A stretch of 38,329 nt of DNA from Eubacteriales bacterium (GTDB taxonomy: Bacteria; Bacillota; Clostridia; Oscillospirales; CAG-272): NCBI GenBank assembly GCA_045612465.1, contig JAZKZC010000059.1:1-38329 (forward strand), read 5' to 3'. Below, in pieces: positions 25,451 through 31,663 of this stretch. Each line of letters opens with the position of its first letter. Within the stretch, counting starts at the first letter, position 1. A program made the translations under genes and the position numbers. A model generated the notes under the pieces. It did not search any database and was not told where the DNA came from. It saw only the letters and a list, made by a program, of their open reading frames with translations.

Positions 25451-26986
25451 ATGAATAATAAAAAATTTCTCGGAATTGAATTCGGCTCAACAAGAATAAA
25501 GGCTGTCGCACTCGATTCCGAATATAAACCCGCATCAAGCGGTGATTACACGTGGGCAAGCTCATACGAAAACGGCATCTGGACATACGATGTTTCCAAG
25601 GTCTGGGACGGTCTTAAAACAGCACTGTCACAGATACAGGGCAGGGAAGATGTTTGTTATATGGGACTTTCGGGTATGATGCACGGATATCTCGTTTTTG
25701 ATGAGGATTGGAATTTACTCGTGCCTTTCAGAACGTGGCAGAATACGATAACAGCACCTGCGGCATATGAGCTTACAGAGCTTTTTAATTTCAATATTCC
25801 GCAAAGATGGTCGATAGCTCACTTGTATCAGGCTGTTTTGAACGGTGAGGAGCACGTTTCAAGGGTAGCGCACATAACAAGTCTTGCGGGGTACGTTCAC
25901 TATATGCTGACGGGTGTCAATGCCGTCGGTATAGGTGAGGCGTCGGGCATGTTTCCCGTGGACACCGAAAAGCTCTGCTATGATGAAAAAATGGTCGAAA
26001 AATTCAACAAGCTTGCAGAGGAAAAAAAGATACCGTGGAATCTTACGGATGTTTTGCCGAAGATACTCGTTGCGGGCGACAACGCAGGATATCTTACAAA
26101 AGAGGGCAGTAAGATGATAGACGGACTGTTGCCTGCGGGAATTCCGTTTGCGCCTCCCGAGGGCGACGGCGGCACGGGAATGATCGCAACGAATGCGGTA
26201 GCGCCGAGAACGGGAAATGTTTCGGCAGGTACGTCCATTTTTGCAATGGTCGTTATGGAAAAACCGCTTGAAAATGTGTATGAGGAAATAGATATTATCA
26301 CAACTCCAAGCGGAAAGAACGTCGCAATGGTTCACGGCAACAACTGCACTACGGATTCAAATGCGTGGGTATCTGTTTTGAAAGAATCCGCAGAACTGCT
26401 TGGGGCGAACGCTTCAAACGGCGACGTATATACGAAGCTTTACGAAAAATCGCTTGATGGTGATGCTGACTGCGGCGGTGTGCTTGTTTGTAATTACCTT
26501 GCGGGAGAGGTCATAACTCATATTGAAAACGGGCGTCCTTTGGTTGTGCGCCGTCCCGACAGTAAGTTTACACTTGCAAACTTTTTCAGATCTATTCTCT
26601 ATTCCACAATGGCGACATTGAAGCTCGGAATGGACATTCTTGAAAAGGAAGATGTAAAAATCGATTCTATGACAGGCCACGGCGGACTTTTCAAAACGCC
26701 AAAGGTCGGACAAACTTATATGTCGTGCGTGTGCTCGGGCGCACCTATAACCTGTATGAAAACGGCAGGAGAGGGCGGCCCTTACGGTATGGCACTTCTT
26801 GCCGCATACGCTTCTGATAAAGAAGACGGCGAAACACTTGAGGAGTATTTGAATAACCGTGTATTCAAGGATGCCGAGAGTGTAACCGTCAAAGCAAGCG
26901 ACGAGGATATCGACGGCTTTGGTAAATATATGGAAGAATATAAAAAGATGCTAAAGGTAGAACGCACAGCATCTGAAATGATTTAA
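25451..26986 (+). CDS. FGGY-family carbohydrate kinase (xylulokinase-like; substrate not assignable)
   Basis: Start at ATG 25451, 8 nt after AAGGCGG. LGIEFGSTRIKAV is the phosphate-1 motif of the sugar-kinase/actin fold, and a GHGGLF block lies near the C-terminus. Confidence 0.85.
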   Translation: MNNKKFLGIEFGSTRIKAVALDSEYKPASSGDYTWASSYENGIWTYDVSKVWDGLKTALSQIQGREDVCYMGLSGMMHGYLVFDEDWNLLVPFRTWQNTITAPAAYELTELFNFNIPQRWSIAHLYQAVLNGEEHVSRVAHITSLAGYVHYMLTGVNAVGIGEASGMFPVDTEKLCYDEKMVEKFNKLAEEKKIPWNLTDVLPKILVAGDNAGYLTKEGSKMIDGLLPAGIPFAPPEGDGGTGMIATNAVAPRTGNVSAGTSIFAMVVMEKPLENVYEEIDIITTPSGKNVAMVHGNNCTTDSNAWVSVLKESAELLGANASNGDVYTKLYEKSLDGDADCGGVLVCNYLAGEVITHIENGRPLVVRRPDSKFTLANFFRSILYSTMATLKLGMDILEKEDVKIDSMTGHGGLFKTPKVGQTYMSCVCSGAPITCMKTAGEGGPYGMALLAAYASDKEDGETLEEYLNNRVFKDAESVTVKASDEDIDGFGKYMEEYKKMLKVERTASEMI

Positions 26987-26990
26987 ACAA

Positions 26991-27018
26991 AAAAGGAACA
27001 CTGTGAGGTGTTCCTTTT
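26991..27018. terminator. Hairpin terminator (A-run/T-run flanked) after the kinase gene
   Basis: aaaaggaacac-tgtgag-gtgttcctttt. Confidence 0.75.
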
Positions 27019-27189
27019 GAATTTAACCGACATTTATTCGCAAAACGGTATTTTGTCTTCCTCGTTCTTTGCAGGATTTTGTTTAATACCCAACTGTGTT
27101 TTCGTAAATTGTCAATACTCAACATGATATTAATTTTAATATTTAGAGCCTGTATATACTCGGTATTTAAATGATGATCAAGCATGACA

Positions 27190-27762
27190 CTAATTACTGT
27201 CTGCAATGCGAAGACCGTGCATTTTTGCGGCGTACTTTAATTCGTACACTGTATCTGTTTCGCTTGCCTTTGATATACTGATCAACTCTTTTTTTGCTTC
27301 CTCTACAGAAGTGTAAAAACCGAGTAAGGTCTTTTTATTCATTCCGAGAATACCTTTTGAAATGCCGTAAAGTGCACATACCGGTATTCTCACTTTTTCA
27401 TTAGGCTTGGTTGCTCCTGAAATTAAAGTGGCTTCACCTTTGCCGTCGCTGACCATTTCGATTAAAAATTCTTCAAATGTCGACAGCTTTCTTTTGTTGA
27501 TATCAATAATATACAGTTTTTTATTGGTGTGAATACTTTGTTGGGCGGGTTGATCGAAGCTTGTTTCTTCACCTTTAACAAGATAATCGGTTGAGACTTT
27601 AAACAGTTCACTTATAAGTACAAGCTTCTCAATGTCTGGGGTACTGGCTCCGCTTTCCCATTTTGATACCGCCTGCCGGGATACTTCTAATTTTTCTGCA
27701 AGCTGTTCTTGGGACAATCCGTTACTTTTTCGTAACTGTTGAATTTTTACAGAAATACTCAT
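27190..27762 (-). CDS. XRE-family HTH transcriptional regulator with an uncharacterised ~110-aa C-terminal domain
   Basis: Start at ATG 27762, directly after AAAGGAGG. IQQLRKSNGLSQEQLAEKLEVSRQAVSKWESGASTPDIEKLVLISELFKVSTDYL is a canonical HTH_3 domain. AT-rich. The ORF-track start at 27909 lies upstream of the predicted promoter. Confidence 0.85.
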   Translation of the reverse strand: MSISVKIQQLRKSNGLSQEQLAEKLEVSRQAVSKWESGASTPDIEKLVLISELFKVSTDYLVKGEETSFDQPAQQSIHTNKKLYIIDINKRKLSTFEEFLIEMVSDGKGEATLISGATKPNEKVRIPVCALYGISKGILGMNKKTLLGFYTSVEEAKKELISISKASETDTVYELKYAAKMHGLRIADSN

Positions 27763-27888
27763 AATAAATCCTCCTTTGGGATTACTGCAGAAACATTTTA
27801 ACATATGATTAGCATAAAGTCTACCATTTGAGCGTGGAATAACGGCAACTGACGGTTGCATTTCGGTCGTGCTGTCGGAGTTTGTGAA

Positions 27889-27935
27889 TTTATACCATAT
27901 TTCTGCCAATAAATCAAGGTGCCTTGTATATCATC
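27889..27935 (-). promoter_or_regulatory. Repeated promoter module, copy R3 (minus strand)
   Basis: The minus strand reads gatgatatacaaggca-ccTTGATT (-35 = 27912-27917), a 17-nt spacer, then TGG-TATAAA (27889-27894). It is homologous to R1 and R2 but lacks their gataaataagaattt leader. Confidence 0.55.
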
Positions 27936-27957
27936 GCCACTTGTTGCAGTATTTTTT

Positions 27958-28085
27958 GTGAAATATTCGGCGATGCCGAATGTGAAATTAAATCCACCCA
28001 TCCGCCTTCGAGGCGGATTTCACCCAACGAAGTTGGATTTCATCGTCGAAGACGATTTCACCCACCCGCAAGGGTGGATTTAATT
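27958..28085. repeat. Heptamer/hairpin array C (inverted copy of array B)
   Basis: On the + strand, GTGAAAT occurs at 27958 and 27982, and ATTTCAC/T at 28017, 28037 and 28055. Hairpins:
- attcggc-gat-gccgaat (27965-27981)
- tccgcct-tcg-aggcgga (28001-28017)
- ccaac-gaa-gttgg (28024-28036)
- cgtc-gaa-gacg (28044-28054)
- ccaccc-gcaa-gggtgg (28062-28077). Confidence 0.75.
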
Positions 28086-28086
28086 G

Positions 28087-28118
28087 AAAAACAGACTTGT
28101 CGAAACAAGTCGGTTTTT
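28087..28118 (-). terminator. Rho-independent terminator of the tRNA-Thr/Tyr operon
   Basis: The minus strand reads aaaaaccgacttgt-ttcg-acaagtctgttttt followed by T-rich sequence. Confidence 0.75.
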
Positions 28119-28119
28119 C

Positions 28120-28205
28120 TGGTGGGGGAAGGTGGATTCGGACCACCGAAGTGAATGCACTACAGATTTACAGTCTGCCCCCTTTGGCCGCTCGGGAATT
28201 CCCCC
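28120..28205 (-). tRNA. tRNA-Tyr (anticodon GTA), long variable arm, CCA encoded
   Basis: The reverse complement GGGGGAATTCCCGAGCGGCCAAAGGGGGCAGACTGTAAATCTGTAGTGCATTCACTTCGGTGGTCCGAATCCACCTTCCCCCACCA folds into a class II cloverleaf with anticodon loop CTGTAAA. Confidence 0.9.
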
Positions 28206-28211
28206 AAAAAA

Positions 28212-28286
28212 TGGAGCTGGTGATCGGAGTCGAACCAACAACCTGCTGATTACAAATCAGCTGCTCTGCCATTGAGCCACACCAGC
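28212..28286 (-). tRNA. tRNA-Thr (anticodon TGT), CCA encoded
   Basis: The reverse complement GCTGGTGTGGCTCAATGGCAGAGCAGCTGATTTGTAATCAGCAGGTTGTTGGTTCGACTCCGATCACCAGCTCCA has anticodon stem-loop GCTGA-TTTGTAA-TCAGC. Confidence 0.9.
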
Positions 28287-28329
28287 ACATTTTTTATATT
28301 TTTTTCGTTGCCTCGTTGACAACATCGAT

Positions 28330-28358
28330 ATAATACCACAAGTGAAGCGATTTGTCAA
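28330..28358 (-). promoter_or_regulatory. Sigma-A promoter of the tRNA-Thr/Tyr operon
   Basis: The minus strand reads TTGACA (28353-28358), a 17-nt spacer, then TGG-TATTAT (28330-28335). It is nearly the same sequence as the tRNA-Met promoter. Confidence 0.6.
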
Positions 28359-28476
28359 TACCTTTTTCGAAAAAAAATAAAATAATTTGAAAAAAGACAA
28401 TATTTTCGTGAAAAGCCTTGAAAAGTTACACGTTTAGATGTAAAATGACAGTAGTTTTATGAAAGGAAGCAGTGTT

Positions 28477-29538
28477 ATGAGTAAAATAAACGTTGCTGTC
28501 ATCGGTTGCGGTACTATTGCAAAGTGCGCGCATATACCGAGTTATCTTGCAAATCCCGATGTAAACATCAAATATTTCTGCGATATTATTCCCGAACGCG
28601 CTGACGAACAAGTGGCAGAGCACGGCGGCATCGCTGTATACGATTATAAGGAGATATTGAACGATCCCGAACTTGATGCGGTTTCCGTTTGTACACCGAA
28701 CGATATGCACCCTGTGATCTCTTGCGATTTTCTTAAAGCAGGGAAGAACGTGCTTTGCGAAAAGCCTGCGGCAAGAACCATTGACGAGGTTCATCTGATG
28801 CAGAAAACGGCAGAGAAAACGGGCAAAATACTCAATATCGGTGTTGTTAACCGCTTTAACGGCGCAGTCAATAAGATAAAAAGTATAATATCCGACGGAG
28901 TTTTAGGTGATGTATATCATATATACATCTCATTCCGTCAGCCTCGTGCGATTCCCGGCCTTGGCGGTATGTTCACGACAAAGTCCGTTGCGGGCGGCGG
29001 TGTGCTTATCGACTGGGGTGTTCATTACCTCGACCTCGTTATGTACTGTATGAATGATCCCGAACCGAAAACGGTATCGGCACAGACATACAGCAAACTT
29101 GCGACGAATATGCGTGATTACGTCTACGAAAGCATGTGGGCAGGTCCCCCTGATTATAACGGCACGTACGACGTTGAGGAGCTTGTGACGGGATTTATAC
29201 GTACCGAAGGCCCCACGATGACGTTCAACGGTGCTTGGGCGCAGAATATCTTCGTTCCCGAAACGTACATTGACTTTATCGGTACAAAGGGCGGTATCCG
29301 TCTTAAATACGGCGGAGATTTTGAACTGTTCACGGTTACAAACGGCAAGCTTACGACAGAAAAGCCCGAGTTTGACAATAGCGTGAATATGTTCCAGAAT
29401 GAAATAGATCATTTCGTTTCCTGCATACAAAGCGGTGAGCATATAAGATCCCACATAGACAAGGCAGAAATAACAGCGCGCATAATGCAGGGAATTTACG
29501 ATTCCGCATCGCTCGGCAAGGAAGTTTCTTTTGATTAA
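28477..29538 (+). CDS. Gfo/Idh/MocA family NAD(P)-dependent oxidoreductase
   Basis: Start at ATG 28477, after GAAAGGAAG. It has the Rossmann motif INVAVIGCGTIAK and the conserved EKP motif (VLCEKPAA). Confidence 0.85.
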   Translation: MSKINVAVIGCGTIAKCAHIPSYLANPDVNIKYFCDIIPERADEQVAEHGGIAVYDYKEILNDPELDAVSVCTPNDMHPVISCDFLKAGKNVLCEKPAARTIDEVHLMQKTAEKTGKILNIGVVNRFNGAVNKIKSIISDGVLGDVYHIYISFRQPRAIPGLGGMFTTKSVAGGGVLIDWGVHYLDLVMYCMNDPEPKTVSAQTYSKLATNMRDYVYESMWAGPPDYNGTYDVEELVTGFIRTEGPTMTFNGAWAQNIFVPETYIDFIGTKGGIRLKYGGDFELFTVTNGKLTTEKPEFDNSVNMFQNEIDHFVSCIQSGEHIRSHIDKAEITARIMQGIYDSASLGKEVSFD

Positions 29539-29539
29539 T

Positions 29540-29929
29540 CTAAACGTGCTTTGAAAAAAGAACGAACCCGTCGGATGATTTTCGGGCGGTGAACACAGTA
29601 CCTGCTGTATACTGTATATATTTGTCCCTGCTGTAGACCTCGAAAATTTTCCCGTGATGCTTTGCAAATCCACCGTCTGCGGTTATTCTGCCGACAGCGC
29701 AGAAGACGCATTTGTCCGTCCGTTTTGTTCTTTGACTTATACGGCACAGGAGAAATAAAATAAAGCATATACCTATGAACGAAAAGCATTGAATATACAT
29801 AGGGAGCGATATGAGCGAAAAGGCAAAAGAAAAAAGAGAAGCGCTGACACAGCAGAGCGCAAAGTCAAATTCGCACGAAAGATAGAAAATAAAGAACAAA
29901 AATGATGCCAAAAGCCAAAGTGACGGCAT
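29540..29929 (-). CDS. Possible short NfeD-like membrane protein (weak call)
   Basis: It has two or three TM segments, then a C-terminal stretch (GRITADGGFAKHHGKIFEVYSRDKYIQYTAGTVFTARKSSDGFVLF) that resembles the NfeD OB-fold pattern. There is no convincing RBS. The frame from the ORF track starts at TTG 29947; I use ATG 29929. Confidence 0.4.
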   Translation of the reverse strand: MPSLWLLASFLFFIFYLSCEFDFALCCVSASLFSFAFSLISLPMYIQCFSFIGICFILFLLCRISQRTKRTDKCVFCAVGRITADGGFAKHHGKIFEVYSRDKYIQYTAGTVFTARKSSDGFVLFSKHV

Positions 29930-29998
29930 AATATCAAAAAGAGTCAAGGCAACGACCTCCGTATATTTTACGGTGATTGTTGCCTTGAATTTTTTATT

Positions 29999-30673
29999 TT
30001 ATTCGGAATAAACGAATATCTGATTTATCTTTGATACGCTGTCATCTGTCAGGACTTCAAAAAACACCGGAATTGTACCCTCGGACGGATCGGGAAGATC
30101 GGGGCGGAAGGCTCCGTTGTTGTCCATAATGTAATACGATACCTCGAAAATTTCTCTCGTTATAACACCCGATTTATCGGTTATTGACGTAGGTCCCGAT
30201 ATGAGTGTCACTTTTATATTGTATATTTTCTGCTGATAAAAGCTGTCTTCGTATTTTGCTATGGGCTTTCCGAAATTGTCAAAATAGTAATCTGTAAAAA
30301 ACGTGTTAAGCGCCGCACCGTCGCCGTTTGTAGCCGCTTTGAAATAGTCAAAAAGCATTTGCACGGACAGAGGTGACGTATCTATCTCGTTTTCCGTATA
30401 CGTCATCGTCGTACCTTGATAATCAACCGAAAGATACCTGTTTTTTGACATATATTCTTCGTCGTCGAAGATATTTTCGCCGTCCTCGGGCGTGTAGTAA
30501 CCTACGTCGCTTTTGTAAAGGAACGGATCGTACGATTGCACAGTAGGATCCTTTTGCGTGTTTGACGTATCAAAACACTGTCTTATAAGCGAAATGAGAA
30601 CGATTATTATACATAGTGAAATGATACAGTAAATGACCGTTTTTTTGATGTTACGTTTTTTCTCGCCGCTCAT
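29999..30673 (-). CDS. Membrane-anchored protein of unknown function (N-terminal TM helix, extracytoplasmic alpha+beta domain)
   Basis: The ATG at 30673 lies 2 nt after the stop of the upstream isomerase gene, so the two are likely co-transcribed. A single TM helix (VIYCIISLCIIIVLISLI) is present. I recognise no motif. Confidence 0.65.
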   Translation of the reverse strand: MSGEKKRNIKKTVIYCIISLCIIIVLISLIRQCFDTSNTQKDPTVQSYDPFLYKSDVGYYTPEDGENIFDDEEYMSKNRYLSVDYQGTTMTYTENEIDTSPLSVQMLFDYFKAATNGDGAALNTFFTDYYFDNFGKPIAKYEDSFYQQKIYNIKVTLISGPTSITDKSGVITREIFEVSYYIMDNNGAFRPDLPDPSEGTIPVFFEVLTDDSVSKINQIFVYSE

Positions 30674-30675
30674 AA

Positions 30676-31542
30676 TTATGCCATTTCCCAAAATCTTTTT
30701 ACGTTTGCGTGTCCCTGCTTTATGCCGATGAGTCTGTCCTCGTGACCTTCAAATTCGATTGAAATATAACCGTCGTAGCCGTTTTTCTTCAGTATTGAAA
30801 GGCTCTGGAATGCGCCTGCGTTTCCGTGGCCTATAATGGCACCGCGCAGATAGTTGTTACCGCGTGATCTGAACCAGCCCTCGCCCGGATTTACGTCAAG
30901 GCAAGATTTGAAATAAAAGTCCTTTGCGTGTACCATCTTTGCATAAGGCGCAACGATTGCAACGGATTTATAGGGTGTTTCATCAGCGCACATAAAGTTT
31001 CCGATGTCAACCAGCGCGCCGAAGTTTTCGTAGTTTACTGCGCTTATGAGCGATGCCACACGCATAGCATCCTGCGAGTAAAATCCGTGGTTTTCCGTTG
31101 TTGTTACAATGCCCTTTGTCTTGGCATATTCGGACACCCTGCGGCAACCTTCCGCGAGTCTGGGAATTGCATTTTCGTAAAATTTATATTCAAGCTTGTC
31201 GCCGTGACCGTATGCAACGTCGTGGCGGAAGCATTTTGCGCCGTATTCACACGCAAGATCGACTATTTTGCAAACACGCTCGATTTCTGCATCAAGATCG
31301 CCGCCCGAGCCGAAAAGAAAATCCGCTCCCGTGCAGAAAGATGCGACTTCCATGCCTTTTTCCTCGCAGTATGCCTTTACTTTTCTTGCAAGCTCAACAT
31401 CAGAGCAGTTTTCGTGCATACCGTCAACTATCTCAATTCCGTCAAATCCGTTTTCCGCCGCAAAATCGACAGCGCCGAAAATGCCGAAATCAGCGCTTTT
31501 TATGTAAGGACCGAAGCTGTATGTACTGACACAAGTTTTCAT
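30676..31542 (-). CDS. Sugar phosphate isomerase/epimerase (xylose-isomerase-like TIM barrel, AP_endonuc_2 family)
   Basis: 288 aa. The composition and motifs (GFDGIEI...HDVAYGH...TENHG...HAKD...ISIEFEG) are typical of this fold. Confidence 0.8.
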   Translation of the reverse strand: MKTCVSTYSFGPYIKSADFGIFGAVDFAAENGFDGIEIVDGMHENCSDVELARKVKAYCEEKGMEVASFCTGADFLFGSGGDLDAEIERVCKIVDLACEYGAKCFRHDVAYGHGDKLEYKFYENAIPRLAEGCRRVSEYAKTKGIVTTTENHGFYSQDAMRVASLISAVNYENFGALVDIGNFMCADETPYKSVAIVAPYAKMVHAKDFYFKSCLDVNPGEGWFRSRGNNYLRGAIIGHGNAGAFQSLSILKKNGYDGYISIEFEGHEDRLIGIKQGHANVKRFWEMA

Positions 31543-31603
31543 ATCTTTTTACCTTCTTTATAGTATATGTTAAGTATATTATACCAACGAAATATTAAGA
31601 GTT

Positions 31604-31655
31604 ATGTTTTTTTTTATAAAAAAATAATATCCCCTTATCTGAAAGGGGATATTAT
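31604..31655 (-). terminator. Rho-independent terminator of the 727-aa secreted protein gene
   Basis: The minus strand reads aataatatcccctt-tcagat-aaggggatattatt followed by T7. Confidence 0.7.
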
Positions 31656-31663
31656 CTAATGTT

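Noticed and set aside
26889-27206. 105-aa minus-strand ORF downstream of the XRE gene, considered as a possible toxin or partner gene
   Set aside because: It overlaps both the XRE stop and the 3' end of the kinase gene and crosses the kinase terminator. It has no RBS, and its composition is typical of AT-rich non-coding DNA.
22494-28085. Could arrays A, B and C be CRISPR arrays?
   Set aside because: The repeated word is only 6-7 nt. The intervening segments are 10-19 nt palindromes rather than 30-40 nt unique spacers. The word switches to its reverse complement mid-array, and no cas genes are present.
22453-28119. Classical tRNA-integrated genomic island or prophage between tRNA-Ser and tRNA-Tyr
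   Set aside because: There is no integrase, excisionase or phage/conjugation gene, and I could find no direct repeat of a tRNA 3' end. putP and the FGGY kinase look host-like in composition. Only the small flanking cassettes look foreign.
28930-29673. Long antisense ORFs opposite well-supported genes: 28930..29673, 30928..31563, 34347..34958, 35427..35861, 17257..17691, 11822..12292, 25859..26335 and 9420..9758
   Set aside because: These are shadow ORFs on the opposite strand of genes with clear family signatures. Their products are low-complexity and Arg/Cys/Ser-rich, with no RBS and no recognisable motifs.
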